The translations under genes were made by a program, and so were the position numbers. The notes beneath the pieces were generated by a model. The model searched no databases, was not told the DNA's origin, and saw nothing but the letters and a program-made list of their open reading frames with translations. A stretch of 62,926 nucleotides of DNA, counting the filler, from Rhabdomonas costata (Eukaryota): assembly GCA_019059605.1 (NCBI GenBank). It is 21 parts of 21 records of this genome, joined end to end, with 100 filler letters (N's around TTAATTAATTAA, not from the genome) between each part and the next. Parts side by side here need not be neighbours in the genome. Positions count along the whole stretch, not along the records: positions 21,023 to 23,924 come from JAHMHO010001769.1; positions 24,025 to 26,926 come from JAHMHO010001770.1; positions 27,027 to 29,927 come from JAHMHO010001771.1; positions 30,028 to 32,929 come from JAHMHO010001772.1; positions 33,030 to 35,930 come from JAHMHO010001773.1; positions 36,031 to 38,931 come from JAHMHO010001774.1; 15 more parts are not named here. One strand, given 5' to 3'. Below, piece by piece: positions 23,792-37,009 of this stretch. Every line of letters begins with the position of its first letter. The first letter of the stretch is position 1.

Positions 23792-26700
23792 GTATGCGTA
23801 TGTGCATTTCTGTGCAAGGAACCATTTTTGTTTTTTGGAGAGGGGGGCGTCTGATTATGTCTAATGTATGATGTTGTCTTTCTCTTCGAGCAGCTTATTT
23901 TAGACATAATCAGACGCCCCCCCCNNNNNNNNNNNNNNNNNNNNNNNNNNNNNNNNNNNNNNNNNNNNTTAATTAATTAANNNNNNNNNNNNNNNNNNNN
24001 NNNNNNNNNNNNNNNNNNNNNNNNTGGGGGGAGGAAACAAGTAACAGAAACCTGCAGAGAAAAATTCTCCCCCATTTTTTCTCTGCAGGTTTCTGTTACT
24101 TGTTTCCTTCCCCCTCCCGACTCTTCGGTACAAACGGTTGTTCTTCATCATAATCCTGAGTGCGGCGAGTATAATCCTGCTGGCCTTTGTCGCTCTCTCT
24201 CTCTTCGTGCCATCGCTCATTAATTCTACTGTCATTTCTCTACTGTCTTTGTCTCCGCTACATTCGGCGGTTACTCAGATCCCTCTTTCTTCTATGGCTC
24301 CTGGAATGATCATCATTTGCTCCCACTATTTTTTCAATGCGTGGTTTTCACAGCAACCTTCATTTTCCCCAACTATACAGCATTCGGAATTTTTAAGTGG
24401 AAAAAACTGATAGATTTGGTTCTCATTTACGCCTTCTTTACGCAATGTACATGAGATAGTGATAATGGATGGAAGGGAAGCAGGATCCATTATGAACCAA
24501 GTGTATTGGCGCCTGTTTTTCCTGTGAAACTTATGGTCACCACAGCTGTTTCAAAAATGACATCAGCACTTTCTCGTTGGAGTCTTGTGTCCGTTCGTGG
24601 TGTGAGCATGTTTACTGAACTGCAAGCCTCTCATACACTTTTATGCCACACTTGGCGCCTGTCATTATGGTAGACCGCGAGTTCTCTAGCCATCTTCCAC
24701 GGGGCTTCGTAACTTCTACGTATTGCGGTGGCTGCGGTTTCAACATTTCACTTTCAATCAATCAAAGGCCTCAAACCCCTCTTATCATGCATTCCTACTG
24801 AGCCCCCTATTGCTTCACATCACTTCCTCTCCACTCCAGTTTAATTACAATAACTCTTCACCTTCCACTTTCACCTACTGCCTCACATCACCACACATCA
24901 CATCTACTTCCATTATCTCCCACTCCTATACACCTCACTCCCTCAGTTACCCTTCAAACTTGCGGCACACACCTGTTTGTTTTTTTCCACATTTTTATAC
25001 CCGCGTATTTCAATTTAATTGCGTTGCTTGTTTTCACTCTGAAACGTTCCTATGTAATTTATTGTTCCCACTTTGATTCGCCGATTGTATGCTGTAAAGT
25101 TTTTTAGAGTTTTTGTGAATATATATATTGTATGCTTAAAGAAATACTTTGCCTTTACTGGCACAACCGAAACCTTTTCTCAATGTTGTAACTTAATACA
25201 ATATTTCCCAACATCCCGCGCCATTACTGTGCTCCTTTATTATCCTCAGCTGTATTTCTGCTACCAAGAATCCAATTAGAATGTTAGTGGTTGTGGTTGT
25301 GGTTTGTGCATTAGATAGCGTGTGTTTGCCACATGATACTGTGATACAGCTTCGGAATGGTTTGGAATCGAAGCCGCCACAAAGACCACTTAGACACACT
25401 CCAGAGCTCTTACACCATCTCCTGTGTGCTATACCTCGCCACGTGCAAAAGAGTGGTTTGCCATACCACAGATCTGCTTTGGAGCTTCCAATAATTGGAC
25501 AAGTCAACTGTTCAGACGAAATAGCGCTTTAACCAAAATTGACTAAAAACCGACTCATAATCCATGAGTCACAAAGATACTCTACTGTACACGAGTTCAT
25601 CCGTAAAAGAACACGCAATGATAGTCGGAAGTTTTGGAAACACTAACAGATCATGGAAACTTTGGGCGTATGTTCTAAGTACTGGAAATCTTGAACTTGG
25701 TACCAGAAATACAAAATGTTGATAAAACAGCACAGAATATGCGTGAAATGAAAGAAGACCACCAACAACGAGAGTTTCCAGATTTTCTATGTACTGTGAT
25801 AACCTGTTGAGTGTTTCAGCTATAACCCAGTTTAAAACATTTCGAGTTTTTTGGACTTTTCAGGTTTTGTGGGTAAAAAAGACTTGATTATTGTATCACT
25901 CCATTTTTTGCCTCATCCAACCGCACTAAATTAATGTCGCTATAATGTCGACTTCTGAGTCAGTATCCAACATTTTACACCACTTATTGGTGGGATAGAC
26001 GCTTCAGTCACTAACACAACAGCACCCTTGCGGTGGATCTTGGTGGTACCAAACTTCTAAATGTATCATCAGAACTTTTTTAAAACGGATAGGCAATTCT
26101 CTCGGTGAATTTTTTGTCCTGTTTGGTTAGGAAAGCTTGGAAAAATTACACAAAAACACAACAATAGACGTGTTTATCAGCACAATTGCGTAATTTTGTG
26201 TAAGTGCTTGAAACTTAGTCTTAGAAAAATTCCACTAAATTAATTGTACTTTATTGTTTTTGTAATTGAACTTTATTTTGACATCAACAATCGGTTAGAT
26301 ATCGACAATATCAGTGTTTAAACATGAACAATCTTTTTTGGTACGGATCATACACGTTCCAACTAACAGTGTCTGGTAGTGTCGTGGAATCCAACACCTG
26401 GCACCACCTGGTACGTACGATGGTATTTTCCAATTTCTGCTCCAGTAGACGTGTGTTTGCCTGTAGTTGGAGACTTGATCAATGTGATTCTTGTTCATCT
26501 TGCTTGCATGGCAATATGCCCTAGGTGTTGTGGCCGCTCAGAACACATAACTTAGTCTCAAGTTCTGTTAAATCTGCGTCTAATATCACAGTGATGCCTT
26601 AGGCTGTTTCTCTTCTTCACACCCGGCCTCAACAGCGCCTTGGTTTGAGTCCCCTTCCATGACATTGCGCTTTTCATCCTCTCATCACATTGTTTGCCAT

Positions 26701-27337
26701 TTTTTGTGCAGTATGGCGTTTTCCACTGAATGGGTTTAGATTTATTAGAAATGCAGGTCAACCGCTGAAATTTCTCGGAAAAATTCCCACCGTGTTCTCC
26801 GCCGCAGGTCTCGCGCCAAGGCGCGGGCGGCGAGAAAAGGCCGGGGGTCCGGCGTGAAAGGGTTGACCTGCATTTCTAATAAATCTAAACCCATTCAGTG
26901 GAAAACGCCATACTGCACAACACACANNNNNNNNNNNNNNNNNNNNNNNNNNNNNNNNNNNNNNNNNNNNTTAATTAATTAANNNNNNNNNNNNNNNNNN
27001 NNNNNNNNNNNNNNNNNNNNNNNNNNGTGGGTGGGGTGGAGGCACCGCCGCTGCGCAATCGGCGCGGCAGAGCAGAGCCGAAGTAGGGCACGACGGCTGA
27101 CGGACATCCTCGGTTCGCGGGGAATAAGGTATGGGTCTTTGTGGACAAAAGGGCTTTCTCAGCACGGGGAAAAGGAAATCGAAAGCGAATAGGACAGTGA
27201 GTGGTGCACAAAAGAGCACGTATCTGCCAGGTGACAAGTGAGTGGGAGAGTGATGAACAGCCATAGCAAGGTGCCAGACTCAGAGGAGGATCTAGGACAG
27301 TAAAGCAAAGCAACAGTAGCCAGCAGGTGAAAGGGCA

Positions 27338-29650
27338 TCATAGAAAAAGGTCTGGCATCTCTTTGAATAAAAAGCCTTGCACGTCAAATATCCCGGTTAT
27401 CAGCGCAAATGATTGGAGGCGTCCCCAGTTGGCCAGAAAATAAGGAGTGAGGTCCAAGAAGCTTTCACTCAATGTTTTCATGGAGAGGAGCAGCCTTTGC
27501 TTGAGGTGTGGAGCGCGTTTCAGCCCTGCTTTACCCATGTCTCAGTGGAGCAAAATTTTACAAATGAATGAAAAACCCGACTGGGAGGGGACGCTGGTGA
27601 CGCCCCATGTGGCAATCTTGCCCGCACATGATACACACATACACACACGCCGGGGCTGGATGTGCGTGCGCTTATGAGCGTGAGAGCACGCCTGGGCGCG
27701 ACTGCGCTATATGGAACAGCAGAGGCCTCCTTCCTCCTTCCATCCCCCAAAAAGCACTCTTGCTAACCTCTTGGCACTCGGGCGTTCACTGCCATAGGAA
27801 ACACACAAACACACACCTCCTTGCAAGCTAACGAAAGCACGGTAATTATTTATTGGGCGCCCTTGCACCCCTCCCCCTCCCGGTTTCCTTCACAGAACCA
27901 CTCAAACCCGCTACCACAAAAAAGAAACCAGAGATGTGCGTGGTCATAGCAAAGGCAGCAGGCCTTTCAGTACAGGGTGTTGCACATTCATGGGGGAGGA
28001 GTAAATTTTTCTCGGGACCAGGTACACTAAGAGACCTAATCACAAAAAGACACTTCAATTCGAGTATTGCAAGGTACTGCGGGAATTGCATTGCCTTTCC
28101 CTGAGTGAAACCTTTCGATGCCTGCCAAGTAGGCTCACTGTACTAACGAGAGGGTCGCACATAGAAAAGCGGGTTGTGTAAAAGTGTGTTTGTGTGTAAC
28201 GGCAAAAGTATGGACGGATGCTTTTCGAGGGAGAACGCACAGTTTTCAGCCTACGAGCACGCTTGAGCATGAAACGTTCCACACCGCAGTAAAAGCAGAG
28301 AGGGAAAAACGCCCAATGTCCGCAGAAAAGGCCCCACCCAGAAAAAATGCACCCTCCGAAAAAAATACCTGGCGCTGGCCAAAGCGGTTGTAGGGAGGAC
28401 AGTACGTGCGACACCCCTTTCGCAGGAAACTCAGACTACATACAATGTCAAAACGGCTCATGGGGACCCACACACATAAACTTTAAGGTGGTGAGGTGGT
28501 GAGTTTGAGACATTCGACGCCACGGGCTCAACCACCAAAGTCGCACCACTATCATCCCATCGAACTCTCGCCCTTCCGAATATCGTCAATAACCTCCCTT
28601 CCCCACTTCCAACCCCATCAGAGGGCTCAAAGCTTGTGAGGGATGTGAAGGCCGGTGGGGAACCTGTCCAGGTTGGAGCGCAACCACCGGACCTCCGGGG
28701 GGTCGTCCCCTAGGACACTTTCGTGAAGAGGGGCTGGGGAAGCCAGAGCTTCCGGAGAAACCACACCAGCCTTTTGTGCTAACCGCAGGGGCCGCAGGCG
28801 GCGCTCGAACAGCTTTGTGCAAAGAGAGAGCGGGTCGTCAGAGGTCGAGACTACCGTCCCGATGCCGACGTGACCAACCTCATACATCCATTCCTGTGAG
28901 AAAAATGCCCGGTTCAAGAAGGGAGAAAGACTTCCAACAAAAACCTTTGGTCAGCAACAAAACAGGTTTGCACCCCATTTTAACGAAAGGTTTGTGCGTG
29001 ACGACACAGCTTCCCATTGCCGAACAGTCCAGCAGCTGTGTGCTCGCTCAACGCAATGATTTGCCCCAAACGTTGCAGAAAAGATGACATTGGACCACAG
29101 CGGTGTCAAAATGCAAAGCTGGTGCTCGCAAAAACACCATTGACACAGATAGGCAACAGCCAAGTGATCCCCTGGAACTCCTTGACTCCATTTACTCCAA
29201 TCTCCCCCCTTGCAATTTTTATGTTTTCACCAAATTAGACAGCGAGCCGGAAAGAGTTCACCTCACACTGTCACGCTGTGCTTGTGTTGCTCAAGGCCCC
29301 AAATTGAACCCAAAATCGAGTTTTACGGGTGCGTCAGTGTCAGCTACTACGGAAGACGTGGGGGTGGAATCACATACTTGGTTGACTGTGCCCGAGTCGT
29401 ACTCATGGCAGGGGTGAAAACAAGCAAGGATGTTCGGGGGCGGATACTGCAGAACCACAGCTGGGATGCACCGGATGCTGCACTCCACCTGCAGGCATTG
29501 GGTCGGTGGTAACGCCACACGCCACACGCACTCAAAAATAGAAGGTCCAGCCTGAAATCCAGGAAGGTCACGTCATCACCTAACCCGTCAAAATATTGCA
29601 CTATAGCCCAGAGAACGGGATATCGCTGCCCAACTCCCCTCCCCACCAAT
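27338..29650 (-). CDS. Hypothetical multi-exon protein
   Basis: Several protein-like minus-strand segments with plausible AG/GT borders (~29640-29377, ~28893-28630, ~27510-27338). No recognisable family and the splicing is not resolved. Confidence 0.3.
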
Positions 29651-30065
29651 CTAATAAATCTAAGAGAAAACATGCGTAAGGCAAGAACCGAGACACACTA
29701 GAAGCACAAATTTATTACACGCATGACCCCTGGTTTAACGCAAAGCCAACCCCCGCCTTCTGTTCCCCACACATGCACGGCTGAACAGAAACTAACAATC
29801 CCCCCTTTCTCTTGCAACCTGCTTCGCCACAGACTCCGTGACCAGCGAGCACACCCCCAGTGCCTTGCAGCCAACCTTCTGCAGTGCCACGGCCTGACCC
29901 ACCGCCTCCCCTAGCACCACAACAAACNNNNNNNNNNNNNNNNNNNNNNNNNNNNNNNNNNNNNNNNNNNNTTAATTAATTAANNNNNNNNNNNNNNNNN
30001 NNNNNNNNNNNNNNNNNNNNNNNNNNNGTGGTGTTTGAAAAGCTGCCGCGTTTCCACGAAACCGT

Positions 30066-30146
30066 CTACAAGGAAGGAGCACGCCAGGCATTCCCCTCGT
30101 AAACGGTTTCGTGGAAACGCGGCAGCTTTTCAAACAACATTCCAAG
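30066..30146 (+). repeat. 81-bp direct repeat, copy 1 (copy 2 at 32565-32645)
   Basis: ctacaaggaaggagcacgccaggc...aacattccaag occurs twice in one contig with 2 mismatches. Confidence 0.9.
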
Positions 30147-32564
30147 TTCTGGCCGTGCACCGGCATAGAGGTATAAACTGAGAAAAGAAGAAGAGATAGA
30201 GTAGAGGCTTTCCAGTACGAAAAACGCTACCTTATCGAAAATTTCCATGGGAGGGATGTTTTTTGTTAACGATAATTTGTGGTCAGACTGTAAATAGCAT
30301 CAACTGGATTTGATCAAGAGGAAAAGCGCCCGTATTGCCCAGTATATAGGGCTTATATATGGCACAGCATCCATTTCCAGCAGAAGTGGAGTGTTTTCAA
30401 AACGGTTCGCAGTAACCAAAACAGGACCAAAACAGGGCAAAGCCTATCAATCACTGTCCATTGTAGGCGATGCTAAGGTCTTTCCAGGGTCATTACCAGT
30501 GCTGAAGTTCTGAGACAGTGGCCCTTGGAGTGTACGTTTACCGTACCCAATAAGAACTTGGCTGGCATAAACAACGTCTCGTGAGGGCATCGTTAAGGGG
30601 CTAGCAAGGCCGTCATTTTTAGCCCCTGCCTGGGGAAATATTACGCTCGAAATCCATGGCTTCGACAAATGGCATTCGAAATTATACTGTCGTCTTTGCT
30701 CTTCAGGATACTCCATATGATAACTCACCCCAAGTCATCGCAACTGCGGTCATTCTCTCACCGGACCCACCGAAATATCGGCTGCGCCATATTTCGGGTC
30801 ATTATTCCACCCCTGGCCCATTTTCGCCCAGTCTGCATGGTTTTGTTCCATTTGACCGTTTTTAGCCAAATGTTCCTTGATCCGTTGCCGGTTTTGACAC
30901 GGACGGTTTTTAGAGGAACTGCTGTACCTCCGCCTTTCGGCAGGTAAACACTGGTGTGCTAGTGAGGAAAGGGACCGGAGCTGGCCAACGTCGTTGGAGG
31001 ATGGCACAGCCCGACGACAGCCCGTAAGCCGACCGCACTGAGAAAACAGCAACGAAAAAATATGACAATGCTGGGGTGTACAGTTGGGCAGGAGGCCCAC
31101 CTTGCTGGGGCTGGCGCTGGCTACTTCTCGATAGCCATTTCGCATCCCCGTCCCCGTCATGCGCCCCGCGGTAGGCGGCGAAAGACGGCACCCCAGCCTC
31201 TACTGCAAGCCCAGAGTGACGCAGCAACAGCAGCACAACCATTGTAATGACCCAGACTCGAGATGCAGGGCTACTCCATGACATACTCACAAAGGTGTGT
31301 GCGAGGGTTTGTGTAAAATAAGGAAATAGAGCCGCCAAATGAGTGAAATCTGAGGGATGGTGGGAAGTCAAAAGAAACAGTGGTATTCGAAGTTGACTGG
31401 AAAACAAGACCAAGGGGGCCGTGGCAGCGAAGCCCTGTTCCAGTGCCAGAACCAACGGTGACGCTCTTCCACTGGACATTCTCCTATCACCCCGTTGTTC
31501 TGGGACAGGTCTGTGCAGAACTCTTCGTGTAGCGCTCCTGCATTGATTCGAATGGGTTTGGTATCTCACAGGAATTTATTAAACCGTTTGGTCTTAATCA
31601 TCATGACGACATATTCGGCCACAGACGGCCCCGCTGCAGCACCAGGACCGTATGAGACAAACCATCTAAGCCCGGCAAGCCAATATTGTAATATTGTGTA
31701 GCCCGTGGAAGCTGGCACGTCTGTTTGTAGACTCTGCTACGCTGCATTATCGTTGGAAGAGCGGCCGGGGAGCTGAGGATCACCACCCCCAGCTCCCTGA
31801 GTTACTGACTCGACCACGGAAAGGGTCGATGGATACATATTGTCAAGGGTACCAAAGGGGTTCGCAGAGGAACCATCCAATGAGCTATTGGGCTAGCCGG
31901 ACCCAACCAACCCAACCTGCAACACCCGGCTTGGGTGACCCCCTAGAAGACCGGCCGCCGTCAACAATTAGGGCTTGCGCTCGCTGCAACCGCTTGATTC
32001 CTGGCGGTCGTCAATGCCGTGGGTGTGACCTTTCCGCAGAAGCTGAATCTCCTCCAATCAAGCGTACCCAGGCGAGCTCCCCCTCACCAGAGGTCGCCGC
32101 GGCATTGGATGGCTACTTCAAGCAGGTTGAATCCTCTACTCTGTCTGGGAGTCGGGCTTTTCGTTGGCTCTGTGTTTGTGTTTTTCGTATGTGGAGGTTT
32201 CCCTGTACCTCCCCGCCTTCACACCTTCATTTCCCACCAGCCTCTTGAGAGCGCACCTGCCCTGTCCCAACTTTCTGGCCGCAGCCCGCGAGAGTGATGC
32301 GGGGCAGTGTGTCCATGACACTCCACCTCACGCAAATAATGTGAACTTACATTGTCTCACAATACGCAGACAGGGGAAAGAAAGAGAATGAAAAATTGGA
32401 TTGTCAACAGGAAGGAAGGAAGTCTATTTGCAAAGCTCAGACCTCAGTGTAAGAACACACAGTGCACGAGAATAAACCCCAGCACCCCAATCGGGCTCAG
32501 CGTCGGGGTCGCGGTTGGGGTCGAAGCTTTGCATGCAACAGAGTGAACAAGCCACACATTATGC

Positions 32565-32645
32565 CTACAAGGAAGGAGCACGCCAGGCATTCCCCTCGTA
32601 AACGGCTTCGTGGAGACGCGGCAGCTTTTCAAACAACATTCCAAG
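32565..32645 (+). repeat. 81-bp direct repeat, copy 2; looks like a duplicated exon
   Basis: Bounded by an AG near its start and a GT right after its end. Reads RSTPGIPLVNGFVETRQLFKQHSK. Confidence 0.85.
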
Positions 32646-33030
32646 GTTACCTGAACTAAATGCCACCCCAGTCAGATGCTGGATATCCAATGTGCTGGTG
32701 AATGGAAAGGGAAATCTCCTGCGGACCTTGACGAGCCATCTATCAATTGTTTTCAAACCTGTTTAAGAGCACAACTTCGCCCCCACGTCGGCATTCGTTG
32801 CATGAAAAAGCCCAGTTGGGCACTTTGCAGTCACAGTGCAAGAAACAGGCCGCTGCTCACGCAGCTCAGCAAGAAGAGCAAAAATGATATTAACCTAACA
32901 TTCGGAAAAACGGGTGACGCCAAACAAAANNNNNNNNNNNNNNNNNNNNNNNNNNNNNNNNNNNNNNNNNNNNTTAATTAATTAANNNNNNNNNNNNNNN
33001 NNNNNNNNNNNNNNNNNNNNNNNNNNNNNG

Positions 33031-33823
33031 GTTGTTGTTACAAACGCCGATGTGAAGTACTCCGCTGACGCATCCTGGGCCAGCAATCTCGTCTCCAGCC
33101 TTGCGCCCTACAAGCAGATCGTCAGCTATGTCTGTATCGGCAATGAGGTGAACAAGGCCCCTGAAGCGTATCCCTACGTGGCAGCAAGCATTAATGCCAT
33201 CGGAAGTGCTCTCTCCTCCGGCGGTTTTGCAGCCAAGCCGATCACCACTTTCACCACTGAAGTTGTGTCGGGTTTCCCGCCATCGGCTGGAAAGCTGGTC
33301 CCGGACAACACCTTCCTGGGCATCCTCGCGGCACTCTCCGCGCAGGGCTCCCCTATCTTTGTGAATATCTACCCTTACTTCACGTTTATGGACTCCCTGA
33401 GCTGGCCTCATCCCATCGATCTGTCGTACGCGCTGGGCACCGCGAAATATCCAGTAGTTAGTGACAGGGGCCATGACTACACGGCCCTCTTTGACGCCCA
33501 GTTTGACACGGTTGTGTACGCGCTACGTGATGGGGGGTACAACAACATGCAGCTGGTGGTTGGGGAATGCGGGTGGCCCACTGCAGGGGACACGCAGGGC
33601 TACGCCAGCGTAGCCAACGCACAGGTCTTTGTCAATCTGATGGCCGAGAAGGTTACCAAGGGCACCCCCCTTGCCCCTGGGAAGTACACTCTGTATCTGT
33701 TCGAGGCTTTCGACGAGCCGAAGAAGGGTCCTGCGCCAGTGGAGCCTCACTTCGGAGTTTGGGATCACGCTGGGTCCCCAAAGTACCCGATGAACTGGCA
33801 CTCCACACATCTGAGCTCTTCTG
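33031..33823 (+). CDS. GH17 endo-1,3-beta-glucanase catalytic exon, 5'-truncated
   Basis: YVCIGNEV (acid/base Glu), FPPSAG, GSPIFVNIYPYF, YTALFDAQFD, VVGECGWPTAG (nucleophile Glu), GTPL, YLFEAFDE and EPHFGV..PKY, i.e. plant-type GH17. A probable splice donor lies at 33824. Confidence 0.95.
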
Positions 33824-33962
33824 GTTGCTTTGCCAATTTTATTCTCCTTGTGCATCTCTTAATTGGAGGTATTATTCCCTTTTGTATTGATTCGGAACAC
33901 TCTGGAAAGTGGAGTGGAGCTGGGCTTATTTCTGAATGTAATTGCCACCGGCAACACTCCTA

Positions 33963-34020
33963 TACTATTCTATCCAGTCCTATTCTATCCTATCCTGTCC
34001 TACCCTATCCTATCCTGTCC
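33963..34020 (+). repeat. Degenerate (ATCCT)n pentanucleotide microsatellite
   Basis: ctattctatccagtcctattctatcctatcctgtcctaccctatcctatcctgtcc, inside the probable intron after the GH17 exon. Confidence 0.8.
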
Positions 34021-37009
34021 TTGCTGCAACCGCTGGTGTCTACCTTTCTAATTTGTTCTTCGCAGCCCCGGAACTTGCGGTGGAGCTATTCTCAGAGCCT
34101 CGCTCACCTGCGGAGTCAGGGCTGGGGATGGGACACCGCCTTCTTCTTCGGGGAATTCCTGTGACAATGCCCAGTGTGGCTTTGAAGGTAGTGTGTAAAA
34201 TTCAGCATTTACGGGCGGGCGTTTACAACCGCTTATTTTCCAGGTTTCAGGTTTCAAGTTTCATCGCCAGATGGACGGGGGGTGGGGGTAAAGTCAGCCT
34301 CTTTTTTTTTTCGCATCTTTTTGTTCGTGCTGAATTTAGATGATTAAAATTTATTCTGAGTTTCTTACACTTTCTTCTTTCGCACCTTTTCAGGTGAGGC
34401 TTTCCTTGGTGATGTGCCCAACGGTGTGCTTGTTTCCCCTGCCTCTGCTTTGCGATGACGTTGTTATCCTCATTCACTGCGATGAGTATTCCATTCGCTC
34501 ATCCCCCTGTACTGTGTGGCCATGTTTGGCCCATGCTTGATCCCAGGTGATCCATTCAGGTGTTTTTGGCAGAATGCAGGGATTGTGTCTCGGAGTGTGC
34601 GGTGGCTCACAGCTTACCGCGGAGAATCTGCGCTCCATAGTCGCCCCGCACCGCGACCTCAGCCTGGTCTCCTTCAGCATGCTGGAGTGCCCGGTGCTGG
34701 AGCTGCGCTGTAGGGGTATGCAAAGGCTGCGTGTAAAAGGATGCAGAATTCTTGAGGTGACCTTGGGCGGGTGCTCATCCTCTGCCACGCAAGTTCACAA
34801 TCACAACCGAAAGGCCGTTACAGTTAATGTCAATGAGAATAAGTTAAGAAATTACGAAGTCCTCGGGGAGTGAGTTACAACTGAGAAAGTTTTTAGTTGT
34901 GCGCGGTGATTTCTTGTCGGGTTGAGGGAAAGGGGGTGGGGGGTTATTACACATCCCGGCAGAACGTTTCTGGCCGGTGTTCCATTGTAACCATCAACTT
35001 AACCCGCTACCATATTTTCAGTGATAAGTATACTCAACACTAACCAACACATTTTTGGGAAGCTCGTGGTTTGCTGATGTTGGTAGCTTCAAGGCAATTG
35101 AAGGAAACTGATTATTTTGACGTGCATCTTTCATCTGAGGTATGGCTACTTGATGTTGTGTTGAAATTCATTTTTTGTGATGAAACGCGCCTAATCTCCT
35201 ACAGGCTCGACTCCAGCCGCCGCGAAGGATGTCTGCAGTGCGCTTGGTGCGGACCTCCTCCTCCCGACCTCCAACCTGTACAAGCTGCTGCTCCGTTCCT
35301 TCGCGTCAGACTCCCTCCTCACTGTCGCAGCTCCCTGAGCGGCGCAATATGTAACGCAGAGTGGAAGAGGCATCTTACGCCTCTCAGACACCCATTGCGT
35401 CCTTTCCTCTGACCCCCCCTCTCCTTCTCTCTCGCTCTCTCTCTCTCCAGGGCAGCACACCCTGTGCTTGAAATCTCCACCACAGCAGCACACCTTTGCT
35501 CTGCTCTGCTGCACAGCTGCACTCAACTGCTGCTGATACATAAGACATCGATCACGTTTTCAGTGGAAATGACCTGTCGTTTCCCGTTTCCATCCATCAT
35601 CCACTTCTTGTTCTGTTTGTTTCAATTTCTCTGCTCTCTTACGACAATGCACCGCAGTCTTGGGGATTTGTGGCTTGTGTCAGCATTATCAACCCAGTAA
35701 TGTGAACTCCATCGCAATTGGCTGAACTGGGTGCAGTTGTCCAATGTGAAGGCAAATCTTTGAACTTCTGTTTTTGATTTCATTCGCTCCGGGATGCAAA
35801 AGGAAGTGATTTGGCACCTCCAAGGACTGTTTTCACCTAGACTTCCCCGTGTTACAGCTCGAGGCTCTTAGCGGTGTCCCCGCTAACGACCGGCCCCCGA
35901 AGAAGCTTGGAACGGCGAAAATGTACCCAANNNNNNNNNNNNNNNNNNNNNNNNNNNNNNNNNNNNNNNNNNNNTTAATTAATTAANNNNNNNNNNNNNN
36001 NNNNNNNNNNNNNNNNNNNNNNNNNNNNNNGGAGGGGGGGGGGGGGGCTGCCAGCTTCGGCCGGGCAACACCGTGGTGACGTACACCGAGATGGTGTACG
36101 GATGCCGTGCCGAGATGGAGTTCCCTGTCACGGTGCGGTGAGGTCTGCTGAGGGTGTGGCTGGGACGGAAGGTGTCTGCAGCCTGTGCGATGTTTCGCCC
36201 CACCACGGGGGCGGTTTTCCAACAGTGGTGGCTCCCTCGGATCGTTTTCTTTTCTGCAGATATTGTGAAGGCCTCAACCCCTGTGCGCAGGGCGCACACC
36301 GAAGTGTAAATTGTGTAACGTTACAATAGAAAAATGAATCATCGGGTTGGGGAAAGGGAGACAGGGAATGGGGGAGCGATTCGGGTGAGTTTGCCGGTCA
36401 CGGAAAGCCGTATTTCCGGAGAACAGCTGGAAAACCAGTGATTCATAATAACAAACCGTAAGCAAACTCCTTCACCATCGCATGTGAACATGTGAACACC
36501 CCCCTCCCCGTCGCTCCACAGTTTTCTTCTACAATTCTTTTCCGATGCTAGAGCGGAATTGGAAAACAGCATTTTGCTGAGGGAAGTAGGCGATGCACGT
36601 GCCCCCATGTGATTTCCAGGATGTTTTGGGGGCCGCTCTGCTGCGTTCGGCGGCCCAAAAAACCCCAGATGCTTTCTCGGGACAGGGGAGGGGGGATCCG
36701 CAAAAAAGTATAATGTCAATTGAGTACTTGGGCAGACGCCGCACTGCGGTCGGGTGGTTGCCCACCGTTTTTCTAGAGCCATTCATCTCTGGGCGCCAGC
36801 GGGGCTTGTGGGGGGTATTTTCCGGGTTTTCTGGGAATGCACAGGGGTGTTGCGGCTTTCCTTCGCCTTGTGGCAGCGCCCGTGTTTGCTGTACTATCCC
36901 CAGCCTGTTCACTGCGTGAGTTTTTCAGTCCCTCGCTGTATTGCTTTGTGTGTATGTGAAGTGCGTCTACGTCCGTCTGATAAACGCACAAAATTTCTCT
37001 GTGAAAGAG

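Noticed and set aside
23842-24108. Inverted repeats at 23842-23922 (23 bp) and 24032-24108 (~33 bp)
   Set aside because: Both are terminal, perfect and unrelated in sequence, with no target-site duplication: fold-back artefacts.
24400-26700. AT-rich contig with a RNDSRKFWK fragment reminiscent of LINE ORF2
   Set aside because: No RT or endonuclease motifs or sustained frame; too weak to call.
26704-26920. Perfect 60-bp inverted repeat around a GC-rich loop
   Set aside because: It abuts the C/A tail at the contig end and fits the same artefact class. A real MITE cannot be fully excluded without reads.
30032-30136. ~34-bp inverted repeat at the start of contig 11
   Set aside because: The arm copies the local variant exactly, and the second copy of the same sequence at 32565-32645 has no inverted arm, indicating an artefact.
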